A stretch of 64,000 bases of DNA from Takakia lepidozioides (taxonomy: Eukaryota > Plantae > Bryophyta), in assembly GCA_030704615.1 (NCBI GenBank), contig CM060732.1:38502001-38566000 (forward strand), in the 5' to 3' direction. Made by a program: the position numbers and the translations under genes. The number at the start of each line of letters is the position of its first letter. The stretch's first letter is position 1. The notes under the pieces are model-generated. The model searched no databases and was not told the origin of the DNA. It worked only from the letters and a program-made list of their open reading frames with translations. Below, piece by piece: positions 1 through 13,690 of the stretch.

Positions 1-768
<768 letters not shown>

Positions 769-1718
769 GTCTTTCTTTCAATGTTGCACAACCTCAATTT
801 GAACTCAAGGGCGGTCTCTCACAGCTCCTTCACCTTTTAGTCTAGTGGGTTGCAGACCAGTGCAGGGCTTTTCCCCTATATGACAACCTTTCTATTGTTT
901 CCTCTTCCCAGTGGCTTTGTTTGTGAGTCAAGTAATTGATCCTGAGTAAGATGCTGAAAGTATCCAATTGGGGAGTAAGTATGCTGCTCATATGCTTTTG
1001 GAGAGTGGCTCCGTGACGAGTACGTTGATGGAGAGAGTGACGTTTTCTGTGAAATCTTCAAGGAAATATTGTGAGGTGACTAGTTGAGGTTTATGTGTGA
1101 CAGGTTGTGGTACTTTTGACGATTTATTGTAAAGCACTCGTACACTGATCACCAACTGATTAACCACCAACTAATTGATTAAAGCTGTCACAAGCAATGT
1201 CAAAAATCATATTTACTGCTAGGTGTTTGATGCTATTGTTGTTCCAGGAGCTGAATTGTATAGTAGTCGTTTTGCTATTCCCATGTGAATAGCATCAGGT
1301 CCCCAGGTTCCCCCAGAGATTGTTACATTCAGCCACGGCCCAACAGAGCGTGCTGCTCAACACAAGCCATGAGGGCCTTTTGGGTGAAGAGACACCATAA
1401 TTTACGCTTCCTTCGGGGGGATGTGTCAAATATTAAAAATATGAATTGGTTTTTACAGGAGGGACCAGCCTACTGAGCAGTAGTTGGATAATATGTATTT
1501 GATAAGCAATATATAGTACATCCGCAATATCAAAAATTATGTGCTTTGCACTAGTGATCCTCGGTGATTGGGTGTTCAGTTTACAGCTTGCCTATGATGG
1601 CTGGATTGGGGCTTTATCCCATCTTCCTGATGTATCCCTCATGGACCCCACATGGTTAAATTTTCCATGTTTTATTAAAATGATTTACAGGGCGGGCAGC
1701 TTCCTTCCCCTTTTTTAT

Positions 1719-1739
1719 TTTAGGGTTTAGGGTTTAGGG
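1719..1739 (+). repeat. Interstitial plant telomere-type repeat (TTTAGGG)3
   Basis: tttagggtttagggtttaggg read directly. Confidence 0.85.
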
Positions 1740-2815
1740 ACCCAAAACCTCGCGGACTCCATTCCTATCACCTTACCATCACACTCCCCACCTCAACTTA
1801 CAAGACATTTGGATTCATAAGTATTTAATAGTGAAACCCAGATAATACGGGGTGTGGAGGATTTGGCAGGAGCCTGCCAGAGGTTGCCGGAATCAAGCGA
1901 AAGTACTGTCAGATCGCGAGCGTCCATTAAGTTCTTACATTATTCCTATTATCTTCCGCCATAAAATCTAGAAAATTCCTTAAGTTGTGCTGGAAGTGTT
2001 TTGTTGTAAAGAAAATAAATATTTGGCGCTTCACTGCAGGATCAGCCTTCCCACTACCATATGTAATAACATGAGAAACAGGGTTGTGGCCTGTGGCTGT
2101 GTCCTGCCAGGAGTCCAGGACAGGACTGCCCAAGCCTGCGACTGTGTGCCATTTATCACCAACGTGCTTCCATCGATACCCTGTGGGCTCCACAGGTACG
2201 GAAGCCAAAAAGAGCCATTCTGGAAAAGATTGCAAAACACATTGTACTATGGACTTTAGACTAATATTTAATCTCCAGATAAGATTTTTTTTCAAAGACA
2301 TTATTAAGAGAATCGTTTTATCCTCAAGATAAGATTTTTTATGCTAGAGACAATATTCTCTTAGGCTTGACGTTCAACCTCAGGCCAAATATGTATAATA
2401 CCAAATATGATATGTAGAGCCCTTTCGTTCGGGACCTGATTGGAGAGAGTGGTCCAGAAATTACTGTGGTCCAGGAATTAGACATGTGTCTAAGGCCTTC
2501 TAGAAGGTCCCGGGTGGGCAGGCTTCTAGAAGGGTTTCACGCCGAGAGGGTATATAAGAGTGGGCCCCCTCTTTACTACCTACTACTTACTAAATTAGTA
2601 AATTGTGGGCTCTGCAAAGGTAAGGCCCCCCACAAAAAACAGCAAACATGAATCAATTAATTAATAGAAGCCACAATAAATAATAGATTATGGCAAAGAG
2701 TAAACAATTGTTAACAAATAAGACAACATTTGATAGTGTGCACACAAGTAAAGGAGTAAAATTATCTTAACATTTATGGCAGTTTAACGTTTATAGAAGT
2801 AACATTTATCCAACC

Positions 2816-3050
2816 TCAAAAAATAGAAAAGAATATTCCGTAACAAATTCCATGTTTTTTCATGGATGACATCTCCAAATTTCTCCAAAAACAATAATTA
2901 TTATGGATAAATTCGTCAGATGTTGATGATATGAATGGATGAGAGTCCGGATGTGGATGATTCTGTCCTATTTTGAATGGATGAACAGAATCTATGCCTA
3001 ATTTTGGCAAAACTCTGTAGCCACTCTTGCTATTTTCCGAATTCAAAAAA
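2816..3050 (+). mobile_element. Partial copy of the hAT-type MITE family
   Basis: CATGGATGA..CCAAA...GGATGAACAG...AAAACTCTGTAGCCACTC.TGCTATTTTCC matches the copies at 49250-49498 and 55337-55619. Confidence 0.7.
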
Positions 3051-3955
3051 AAGGCGTACTAAGGCGTACTAATCCGCGTCTACCCCTGCCCGAGTTCTGA
3101 TAATGCAACTAATATTTCAGTCGCGGACATATCGTCAGACGAGTCCCACAATTGCCGACATATCGATGCCGACCAGCATTGTCAGACTCGTTACTTCCAC
3201 AGTTCGCCTCTCCTCCGCTTTTCGAAGAGCCCAAGTTCGAGTTGCTCCAGGTGATGTTCCCATAGTCTCTTGCATTGCCCCCTTGCCCTTTTCTAATCTG
3301 GTTTTGATCATGTTGAGTCTGTGGAATTCCCTTAGTTGCTTTGCTTCCAGATTGCATGCATTGTGTGCATTATTCCAGTCCTGCGTTTACCACTGAGCAT
3401 GAGGTGCCAGTGAGCTTAATCCACTGTGTTTACCATACTGTCCCATGACTGAAGCTAACGTTGTACCTGTAGCTCCTTGGTTGCTTCACTTTTAAAATCC
3501 ACCATGTTCTACAGCATTGTTTCTTGTATGAATCTGAATACCTAGCCCTTTTGTCAGCTGCTAAATTGGCTCCTACCTCTCCTTGACTCCTTCTTCTCCT
3601 GTGTTTGCCAGTATATATTGAACAAGCCTTTGCAATCGTTCCTTCGAACATCACAGGGCGCTGTCTCGCCCATCCAAGGTATTGTATCCCTTCTGACCTC
3701 AGTTGGGCTTACTTCTGCCCTGATTTCACAAATCTGCACCATGTTGTTTCCTCCCTCCAGTGATTTGTGGCCGTGTGCGTAAGTTGTTCTGAACTAATCT
3801 CCGGCATCCGGTGTTTGTTGCTTGACGCAGTTCGTGTTTCAACCATTCGTGGATTGAAAAGCGCTAATGTTATAATATTGCAAGACCATCTTTCCAGGGG
3901 AAAACTTAACTATTGCTTGTGGTAGTAAAGGTTTTGCGAGAGTGTGCTGCTTAAT

Positions 3956-6509
3956 ATGGATCACTTCGCTCTGCCAGACGGCGTTCAACATATCCGTGTC
4001 CCAAATGCCACATCCCTTGAGTACAGTTCTGGAGAAGGCGGGTTCCTATGCTATCCGAGTCGGCGGAACTGGTCCAAAGAAGACCTGCGAGGTGAAAATT
4101 CGTTTGGCGGTAGATCCGCAGCTGAAGTGCAAGACTTTTTCCAAACTTGGCTCTACTTTGGGTGCGTGATCGATGTCCTCGCAGTGAACGGGGTCAAAGC
4201 GATCCCCGCCGAATTCCTAGATGAAAGCAAAAGGTACATTACAACCAAGTATCTGCCGTCCAAGATACGCAAATGGAGGCGAAAGGTCCAGAAAGCAAAG
4301 GATTGCAAACACAAGCGTTGTTTGGAAAGGTGTCTCATGGAGACGGAGACCATCCTGAGCGAGCTATCAAAGTACGTCAACTACTATTGCGCCACGCCCG
4401 GCCGTCCTCGTCTGGAGACGGAGATCGCGAAACCTGAGCACGCGAAATGGCCGCTCACCGAGGAGATCTCCATGTCCATCATCGCGCTCGGGTATACCCT
4501 CAAGCAAGCCATGCTGTCGTTCCACGACATTAGACGCACCGCGAGCAGGTGGGGGTATTCCATCCTTTTGAAGAATCGGATGCTGGCGCAAGGTTGGTGT
4601 CCGATGGATGTTCGGAGAAGTCTCTCGGATATGGGCATCGATGGGCATTACTATATCGCAGCGTTACCGAATCCGCAGGGGAAAGAGTTGCACGCGAGCA
4701 GGGGTTGCACGGAGGACATGTGTGTCGCGCAAAATATTGATGAGTCGACGTACCAGACGGCACATGCGGAAAACTGCGATGGCTGCGAAGATGTCTACGT
4801 CGATGTGAGTCGTGTCGTTGCAATCATGGACGCCAAAGGTACGCCGTCATCTCCTGGAGCGAAGCGGAACAGAAACTACAAGTTGCGACCTTTGATAAGG
4901 ACAAGTCGGATTCACCACAGTACATAGCAATCTCCCACGTGTAAGCTTCCTACCTAAGCAACCGATCGGATTGGCTATACTTAATTTGTGAAACTGACAA
5001 ACTTGTAAGAACAGGTGGGCCGATGGAATGGGCAATCCGACTCATAATTGTTTGCGGCGATGCCAAGTATCACAGATTCAAAAGATGGTGAACGCAGCTG
5101 CAGAATCTGGCAAGGCGAAGGGCAACCCAAGCCACTTTTGGATGGACACTCTCTGTATACCCGTCGCGAAAGATCTAGAGTCGCATCGACGGCTTGCCAT
5201 CCAGGGACTAAAAGGTACTTATAGATATGCGTCTGCGGTGCTCGTGCTATCGTCTGACATTCGAAGAGTGCCATCAACAGCGAACGACCTTCAGAAGAGT
5301 GTCTGTCTGTATTTCTGCAATTGGAACCATCGGTTGTGGACGTTCCAGGAGGGAATCCTCGCAAACGAGTTGCTTTTGCAGTTTAAAGATCAAGCACTAA
5401 GTTTTCGTGAAGATATCGCCTGGTTCGCCGACGGCAAGCATAAGTCGATCGAGGACGGGCACTGCATCACGTTCCCAAGTGAATCGACGGTGAAGAATAT
5501 GGGAGAGTTTGTCGTCCTCCATGACGCCCTGAAGGATGGACTTTTTAAGACCATCGACCAAGCATTGCCGACGATAGTCACGGCGCTCCAGTACCGCACG
5601 ACTTCAAAATTGGCTGATCAGACGCTGTGCATTTGCGGTTAATTGGGCCTAGATCCGAAAGATGTTCTAAATGCCGCTGGGGAGGGAAAAGAGCTTGAAG
5701 AGCAGCGTATGGTGATCTTCCTGTCCATGCTGAAGGAATATCCCTCCGACATCATCTTCAACACGCATGCCCGAGTACAAAAAGAAGGCTTCCGATGGGC
5801 GCCGGAATCTCTTTTGGGGATACCTAAGGACGGCTTCGTCAGGGTTGACGAAGGTCGGGCGACTCTAACCCAGCATGGATTATCCCTGAATTCGCCTGGA
5901 CTCTTCATCCCAAAACCTGTCACCGACCAAACAGCCTTCTCCACCCAATTCCCCGCCCATATCCCTCAAGCCGGTAGAGAGCCCCTCATCTTACAAATCA
6001 ATGTCATCATCCCAGACCGGGAAAAGCTGCAGCAACCTCTTTATTGGGCACAGGGAGAGGACTACGCGGTCATAATGAAGACGACGTTCGAGGACGAGCG
6101 ACGCGAGGAGGCTGAGGCCGCCTTGAGCTTTCCCATCGGAAAGGTGGAGATTGAAGATTTTCTGGAGAAACTCAATCACTTGCAAGCATCTTTAGGACGA
6201 CCCTCGTACGACGCCGTGATCGGGATTGTCCGGGAGGTGAAGCGGGATAGTGGAGATGGAGTTAACTACATACGCTTGTGCCATGAATGCCTCGCAAGCA
6301 TTGTGTTGATGAATCCTTCCGCCTTGCTCGACGACTCTTGGAAGGATGTCGAAGACGATGAATCGGTTGTCACTCGCGCTCTGGCGAAGGCTTCGGTTGG
6401 AGATGAAGGTGACAAGGCAGGTACAGATGGAGACGTGGGCAATGACGCCACTCATACTTCAATTCGGTGCGAATTTTTGCACGAGAATACGCAGTGGTAT
6501 CTTTTGTGA
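3956..6509 (+). pseudogene. Fungal-type HET-domain (heterokaryon incompatibility) protein, copy 1, disrupted
   Basis: Motifs FFQTWLYFG, YIAISHV/WADGMGNP (across intron 4941-5014, GTAAGC...CTGAC...CAG), FWMDTLCIPV and WNHRLWTFQEG. Relative to copy 2 it has a 1-nt deletion near 4847 and an in-frame TAA at 5640-5642. Confidence 0.88.
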
Positions 6510-6653
6510 AACTCGTGGAACTTGGCTATTACACAATACTTTTTCTTAGCTACAAGTATGGTATATTTGCAGCTTGAGACTTCTACAAGCCATACTTCGG
6601 AGGTATTATTTTTATATGTTTCATAGACATGACAACAATATTTATGGCGAGAG

Positions 6654-6852
6654 CATTTTTCTCATTTTTGGCGAATTTTTTTTTTTTTTACCTCTAAAAA
6701 TATAATATAATATTTTTGTCGTAAATTCATGTTTCTCCATGGATGATACCTCCAAAGTTGTCCAAATACAATGAACATAATGGATGAATGTGTCAAATAT
6801 GGATGACATGAATGGATGCTAGTACACAGAAGGATGATTCTATCCAAATTTT
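6654..6852 (+). mobile_element. Truncated hAT-type MITE (cut by a duplication breakpoint)
   Basis: It follows GGCGAGAG and matches 55337-55532, but lacks the right end. Confidence 0.75.
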
Positions 6853-6853
6853 G

Positions 6854-8340
6854 AAGTGCTTGTCCTGGATGCTGGTAAGTGCATAGACCTCCCAAGTGTT
6901 CTAATTGTCCATTCCTTTGGGAACCCTTCTGCCATGTATTATCATGTGTATTATCAAATGTTATCATATTGTCAACTGTGGAGTCCCCATTTGACAAGTC
7001 TGGTCTGCAACTGTGGTAGTCCAGTGGGCTTTGTTAGCCAAACATTGCATTGTACCTATCATTCTACAATAGTCACACAATCATCGCAACCCTTACCTCA
7101 TTGACATTGAATTCAATCAGCGCTTCCCATGGACAAGCAAGGTGGAAGAATATGACAGCCCTATGATTCTACAGTAGTCACACAATGACCGCAACCCTTA
7201 CCTCCTCTTGCTGTGACATTTTGGACTTAATCAGCGCTTCCCATGCACAAGCAAGGTGGAAAAGTATGACAACCCTACGACGCTTTTGGAGCAACCATCA
7301 TCTATGTTTGCCTCTTTGGTTCATGAGTACTCATCAAGGTCAAGTAGCACGACTAACTTCAGAGCAGTTGATAAACAACTTCCAGCACAAGTCGATTTGC
7401 TTGACGAATGAGTCTTCCTTTCAATGCTGCACAACCTCAATTTGAACTCAGGGGCGGTCTCTCACAGCTCCTTCACCTTTTAGTCTAGTGGGTTGCAGAC
7501 CAATGCACGGCTTTTCCCCTATTTGGCGACCTTTTCTCATTGTTTCATCTTCCCTAGTGGCTATCCCTTTGTTGAGTCAAGTAACTGACCCTGGAGTAAG
7601 ATGCTGAAAGTATCCAATTGGGGGAGTGCCTCGGTGGCGAGTACATTAATGGAGATAGTGACGTTTTCTGTGAAATCTTCAAGGAAATATTGTTGGGTGA
7701 CCAGTCGAGGTTCATGTGTGATAGGTTGTGGTACTTCTGACGATTTACTGTAAAGCATTCGTAAACTGATCACCAATTAAATAATCTCTAACTGACTAAC
7801 CACCAACTAACTGATTAGAGCTATCACAAGCAATGTCAAAAATCATATTTATTGCTAGGTGTTTGATGCTATTGTTGCTCCAGGAGCTGAATTGTATAGT
7901 AGTCGTTTTGCTATTCCCATGCGAACAGTATCAGGTCCCCCAGAGACTATCATATTCAGACTCCCGTATCAGCCACGGCCCAATAGAGCATACTGCTCAA
8001 CTCATGCCATCGAGGGCCTTCTGGTTGAAGAGACACCATAATTTACACTTCCTTCGGGGGATGCGTCAAATATTAAAAAATATAATTGGTTTTACAGGAG
8101 GGACCGTTCTACTGAGCAAAAAGTGGGATAATATGTACTTTGATAACCAATATATAGTACATCCGCAATTTCAAAAATTATGTGTTTTGCACAATTGATC
8201 CTCGGTGATTGGGTGTTCAGTTTACAGCTTGCCTATGATGGCTGGATTAGGGTGTTATCCCATCTTCCTGATGTATCCCTCATGGACCCCACATGCTTAA
8301 ATTTTCCATGTTTTATTAAAATGATTTACAGGGCAGCTTA
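6854..8340 (+). pseudogene. Duplicated 3' fragment of the ABCC gene plus downstream flank (copy of about 212-1700)
   Basis: It begins mid-exon at AAGTGCTTGTCCTGGATGCTGGTAAGT and is colinear with 212-1700. The final acceptor is mutated (TGCACAA at about 7250). Confidence 0.9.
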
Positions 8341-8668
8341 CTTCCTCTTTTCTATTTTAAGGAAAAAAATGATTGTTGCTTCATTAGCTATTCTGCTCAT
8401 GTAAATTTTGTGACACTGCACCTTTTGAGGAGTGCTTAACCCCTAAACGGCCACTAGGCCCATTTTGGGCCTTTGGGTTTGGCATTTTTTAATAACTTTT
8501 TAGTGCATGCATGGATTGAACTGAAATATATATATGTTGCTCCTGGGCACCTGGCGGACCTAAACTGGCCGCCCAATTGGACCCAATCTGAGTTAGGGTT
8601 TGGCAGTGACGTTTGACGCAGGAAGACTCCATCCCCAGCTACTCGAACCTTCCCAAACAGTCAAATCG

Positions 8669-8694
8669 CCCCCCCCCCCCCCCCCCCCCCCCCC
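8669..8694. repeat. Poly-C tract (26 nt)
   Basis: Homopolymer read directly. Confidence 0.9.
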
Positions 8695-9324
8695 ACCCAC
8701 CGGGTGGTATTTGTATCCAATTTCATCCATTGTTGTCTTTTTGGATGTTTCATCCCACGGGATGAAAGCCTCGAACTGACAAGGGAATTGGCCTTCATCG
8801 CATCTTCCAGAAAAGCAAAATGTATTTTTTCCCTTGCAAAGGGGTAAAAAAGCCTCTCATTTTAAGATAATAGGGTCTTCAATGGGCACGTGCGATGTGG
8901 CCGGTGGGCCCCGCGCACGGACACCCGGCTCCCAGCACCCCGCCTGCCCCGCCTGCCGTTGCGCGCGGTAGCCCAGCCGCGGGCGCGGCTGCAGCAACCG
9001 CGCCGCGCCCCTGTCCGCCACGCGGCCCCCGCCCATGAGTCCGCTGCCCTCCAGTCTGCCAGTCCGCCAGTCTGCCCGCCAGTCCACTGGCTAGTCCCCT
9101 GCCATCCAGTCCGCTGACGGCGCAGGATCGCCACCGTCCATTCCCATAACCCATCCGAGCCCTCCATTTTTTAGGGCTGCAATTCAAACCTTTATCCTTG
9201 CCGCCTGCCACTTGCCAGCAGCCGCGAACGTGCACACTGTTCTCCTGGCACGTTGTCGATCGTGTCCTGTACTGCGGCGCGTTTCTTGCATGTTCAGAAG
9301 CGTGTCCTTTGTACTGTATAGGGC

Positions 9325-9842
9325 ATGGACGTGGAAGCAAAACCCGATGATATACTGATCACGGAAAGCCCGCTTATACGGCCTCTTTGACAATGTTTGC
9401 AAACAGCAAAACCAGGACCCTTCAACATGAAGGATCTTCATTGGAAGAGTGAGACGCAATATGGGTTTATGGGTGTGTGAGTGAATGTTGAAAAGGCCTG
9501 CATACCTTGGGATAGAGTTGGTGACTTTGTCCTGGGAGAGGAGAGTTTGGAGAACTACCCCACTCAGTTTTGGATGAATGTCCATTCTAAAGTGGAACCC
9601 GGCTCGCGAAAAGCACCCAGAGCCAACACATTTCTGTCCAGTATTATGTGTGCACCATCCTCAGTCTTTTTGACATTTCATTGCATATTTGTTGTCATTT
9701 TTTGTTTCACGAGTTCTCTGATTTTATGCTTCCTCAAGTCGTTGGATATCGATTTTAGAATTTTCTGTCCATGTATCAATGCTGCTACGGTCCTGATGAC
9801 AAGCGTACCAACAAGGCAATAGTGGAGGATCCAAAACAGAAG
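9325..9842 (+). pseudogene. MULE-1 SWIM-type transposase, N-terminal exons
   Basis: ATG at 9325 with two in-frame TGA codons; reads ACIPWDRVGDFVLGEE...PTQF and, after an intron, CCYGPDD. This resembles the N-terminus of the plant SWIM zinc-finger/MULE-derived family (AT4G13970/AT1G60560-like, from memory). Confidence 0.75.
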
Positions 9843-10411
9843 TGTGGAGGACCTCTTGTGGGTGCTGGAAAAGCTGCCAGTAATCCCAAGTTTTTGGAGT
9901 CTCAGCCTGTTTTCGGACAACAACCATACAACACTGCTACTGTAAAGGTACAAACATTCTGACAGTGCTCCAGAGGCTACAATTTTGTGGGTTCATTCAT
10001 TGCATTGCTTTCCTGGATGCTTCTCCTCGGTTGCTTGATTAATGCTAGGTTTTCTTTGCAGCTTTTCATGTTGGCTTTTTTTGTTTGATTCATACTTGGA
10101 TTTTGTTTCTATTCACTATTCATGTTTGCTCATTGCTTTCCTGGTTGTTCTCTGGTATGTGACACAGGAACTTGTGACAAACAAAGGTGATATTGTCGAC
10201 AAGCCGGTACAGACGAGGGGCAAGAGTGTCGACCCGACGAGTAGCCCCCCAAAAGAGGTCTCACCACCACTGGAGACTGCAAATGGAGTAAGTCCAGGCC
10301 ATTGTCTTGTTTGTTTTTTTTTTTCCAACCTTGGGGCTCTCTTTAACTCGCAAATGTTGAGTGTCCTAGTCATGTGTATGTCATGGGTTTTCACATCGTG
10401 TTCTTTTTTGT

Positions 10412-10711
10412 GTGGAGTTTGGATCACAGTTCAGGGTGGGTGACGAGGTTCGGCTGTTGGATGTGAACTCCAAACACAAGAAATGTGGAGTAGGGCTGAT
10501 TGTTGCTCTTCAAGGTGCTGTGGTGGATTACGGGTACCCTGCTGTGCCCCTTGATTATGCATGTGTGTACATCAAAGAGGCATGTGTCAGTAACACCCCT
10601 CTACCATATGTGAATGGTGTTAGGAAACAGACCGAGTTGGGGCAGGTGGTTGGCCAGACAACACTTTGGAGTCTAAAGTTACTGAAATTTATGGAGCTGC
10701 GGAAGGGATAG
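10412..10711 (+). pseudogene. C-terminal exon of the CACTA TnpA/Tnp1-like accessory gene (on + because of the inversion)
   Basis: DEVRLLD...GVGLIV...VPLDYACVYIKEA...PLPY...LGQVVGQTTLW resembles the En/Spm Tnp1-associated C-terminal domain. Confidence 0.6.
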
Positions 10712-11875
10712 TCAATATTGCATTGTTTAACAGAGTTCTTGATTCTAATAGCACTAGAACATACTAGCTACAACAATTCAGCCCATGCGTGGGCTTGCTT
10801 GTTTTTGGCTGGGCCTTTTGAGGCATGGATTTTTTGATTGGCCCATTGGGACATTGGTCTCATTTGGATTTTTGTAATGTGATTTATAGGGCTTGTATTG
10901 CCCTGTAGTTGACTATTTTCATTCTCCTTGTGGTTGATAGTATGCAGGAGGGATCCATTCTCTTTTCATGTTGGAATTTCACCATGTAATGAAGATTTTA
11001 AATCATGTAATTCACTTTCATTTTAAATAATAATATTAAAAACAATACCATTAAAAAACAAAATCCAAGGCTGCAATCTCCCTGTTCTTTTAAATATTAA
11101 ATGAAAAATAAAAAATAAAATATGAACATTAAAAATATAAACTATTTCGGAAACAATATTGATGACACGTAGCATCACTCTTGCTCAAACCAGAACACGT
11201 GGCAGTATATGACACGACATTCTTTATCCATATTTTCACCACGTGTAAAAATCCGTAGTCATATATGCTAGTCATATATTTTGTCTGTGTGTCACATGTC
11301 ACATCTCAAGTGCAACTGGTGTCCCGCTAACAACTCTCCATGTAGACATCCCTATAAGTCATATGAGCGAGTCATGTAGTCACCACGTGTGAAATCTGCC
11401 ATAGCACACGTGTCTCGCTAGCGCCTCTCCATGTAGGCATCACTGTGCAGACATGTAGTCATATGATCATGGCAAGAAGTCGTGACATGTCAAATTCGCA
11501 GTGGCGCACGTGTCCATCCGTCGCCTCTCCATGTAGGCATCACTTTGCAGACATATAGTCATATGATCCCCTGACGAATGCATGACGTGTCGCTTGCGCA
11601 GTGGAGCACGTGTCCCGCTGAAGCCTCTCCATGTAGGCAGCGCTCAACAGACAATGTAGTCATATATTAGTCATATAGTTGTGACTGCAACCCTCTCTGC
11701 AGCAGGACTCCAGGTGCCACGCAAGCAGTCACGGATATGACTTGCAAAACGCAGTCCTAAAGACTAGTCGCTATGACAGGGCTTTTTTCACTACAGAGTG
11801 ATGTAGTCATGAACGCATATAAGACTGAAAAAATAGTCATATGTGAAGTCATAAAAACGCTAATCTGTTGTAGTG

Positions 11876-12944
11876 ATTTCTGCTTCGACATCGTCCACAA
11901 TGAAGGCATTGGGTCGCCAGCTCGGCAAATCTGCGAGGAGTGAATTGCGCAAGGCTCTCATCCACGGAACCAGGTCGGTTGTCCGATTCCTCGCGGATAG
12001 GATATAGGCAACTGGTATACCGTTCAACCACTCGTCGAAGGCCATCAACGTGTACAATGGGAACTGTTGGAATGCACAATGTAAGATGGTCAGAGCATGC
12101 AAATTCCGCTCAGTTCTGCACGAGAAGACTTCATAAGAGTGATGAGGTCTGCAGCGGTTCACAATGGGTCTGCCCCTCGGTCTTCCTCAACGTACACATG
12201 AAAACATACAGAAAGGGTCAGCACACCAATTTTTATGTGAATGTTGCATGGTACTATGCTATCATGCTCGTACAAGTCCATGGAATCGTTCGAATAGTAC
12301 CTTGTCATGATTTGTCCCAAATGTTGCATCACATGCAACGATACGGTCATGTCCTAGTTCCAGCATTCGTCGTTTCTGCCACGGAGTCTGTATGCCAATA
12401 GTGAATGTCAAATCTCCATCAAAATGCTCGAATGTTGGCTCTAATTTCTCCTCTTGATAGAAAAAACGGACGCAGGATTCTGGTCTCTCCACATGCGCAC
12501 ACTCTTCGCATCATCGGCGTGTTTTTTGAAGGTTTGTCACGCACGTTTCTCGGCAATGTTGCGAACATCTTGCTCCAACAAGAAATCATCGCGGGTCCAT
12601 GCATCGCCCAAGCCGGTGTTGTTCATCACGTGCTCTTTATTCTCCATCATGATTTGGGCAACCGACAGGCCTCGGCACAAACACTCAACGACCCAGGCTT
12701 TCAATTCCTCGCTAATGTGTGGTGCATAGGCGTGGCGGGTGTTCCTGAACTCTGCGGACTTCCCATGCGAGGGTTTCCCTTGCGCATCTATATGCTCCAT
12801 GTTGTTGTAGTATGTGAGGACACAGATGTCAGGGGCGAGATAGCATTGCCGGACCTTGAAACAACATTGGCAACCACGCTCGTAAGACTCTCCATACTCT
12901 GACTTCTTTCTCCTTGGGCCTTTATGAGGGCAAGATGTCGATGT
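11876..12944 (-). pseudogene. MULE-1 transposase middle part (inverted)
   Basis: RGCQCCF...GKPSHG...YAPHISEELK...RDDFL; FTIGIQTPWQ...DATFGTN; intron about 12300-12064; FPLYTLMAFDEWLNGIPVAYIL...WRPNAFIVDDVEAE. Contains a premature TGA at 12537 and a frameshift. Confidence 0.88.
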
Positions 12945-13511
12945 CTTCCACAATAAATGCCACAAACACTCTGTTAGATACTCATCAATTGGTGAATCTG
13001 GTTGCACCTTCCATGGCTCTGGAAAAATCCCACTGAAGGGAGGATTGTTTGCCGCCTTTCTTGGTGTGTCGTCAACAAGAACAGTGTCCTCATAAGTCCA
13101 TTCTGGCCAGTCTGCCCACACCGTAGACAAGTTCTTGAAATATAATGGCTTTGAATCAGACCCCTTACGGCATGAGAGGACTGGATCCTCGTCACAGTGA
13201 AGGGCATCCCACTGGAAAACCAAGTTAGTGTGGGCTGTAAAAATATAGTCCACCATTGGGAAGAAGTTGCGAGCTTGGCAACAAGACCACACCGCCACCT
13301 CAAAGTGTTCAAAACACTTTTGCAAAAAGTCATAACAGCGTGGTCTCAAAACTACCATCTTCTTGCCACACATCTTCCCCACAAAACCTTTGGGAAGGGA
13401 TGCAGTCCCATTAGCATAATGAAAAGATTCACATAACAGACCATTTAAGTCCAGAATTAGTAAATGCTTCCTCGTTGGTCCAGGAAGTAAACTGACATTT
13501 GGCTTCAACAT
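12537..13511 (-). CDS. Chimeric ORF: NIF/FCP1-like HAD phosphatase domain fused in frame to a MULE transposase fragment
   Basis: LLILDLNGLL, LRPRCYDFL...FEVAVWS, KPLYFKNL, TVLVDDTPRKA..NPP (NIF family). It switches at 12945 to transposase sequence RGCQCCF. Confidence 0.8.
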   Translation of the reverse strand: MLKPNVSLLPGPTRKHLLILDLNGLLCESFHYANGTASLPKGFVGKMCGKKMVVLRPRCYDFLQKCFEHFEVAVWSCCQARNFFPMVDYIFTAHTNLVFQWDALHCDEDPVLSCRKGSDSKPLYFKNLSTVWADWPEWTYEDTVLVDDTPRKAANNPPFSGIFPEPWKVQPDSPIDEYLTECLWHLLWKTSTSCPHKGPRRKKSEYGESYERGCQCCFKVRQCYLAPDICVLTYYNNMEHIDAQGKPSHGKSAEFRNTRHAYAPHISEELKAWVVECLCRGLSVAQIMMENKEHVMNNTGLGDAWTRDDFLLEQDVRNIAEKRA

Positions 13512-13690
13512 GTGAGCAGGAGAAATTAAAGCAACCTGCTTGTTTGTTTTGTCCCCGTCTGCATCTTCCTCCCCATTTAAACTCCCACATACCTACATAC
13601 CAGAATCCGGTGTGCCCGGCGGCTCTGTCCATTGCCCCCTAGACTGCTACTGCCTTTGTACGTGACAAGGGCTGAATTTCCACGTGTACC

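Larger units (their letters stand above)
2282..6852 (+). repeat. About 4.5-kb segmental duplication containing the HET gene (partner at 51014-55532)
   Basis: Near-identical sequence runs from AGATTTTTTTTCAAAGACATTATTAAGAG to GATGATTCTATCCAAATTT in both places, with local indels and one replaced segment. Confidence 0.95.
9843..12944. other. 3.1-kb inversion bounded by inverted 4-bp microhomology GAAG (9839-9842) / CTTC (12945-12948)
   Basis: Re-inverting restores the transposase (PKQK-TSTSCPHKG), the phosphatase (LWHLLWK-CGGP...FGQQP) and the CACTA left TIR/TSD orientation. Confidence 0.9.

Noticed and set aside
2282-6852. HET gene mobilised as cargo of a Helitron or hAT element
   Set aside because: No matching termini or TSD bracket the duplicated block. 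The flanking MITE has its own TSD and the Helitron remnant lies outside the block.
8857-9340. GC-rich overlapping ORFs (also 45386-45667 and 58571-58825)
   Set aside because: They fall in MULE TIRs and are open only because of high GC.
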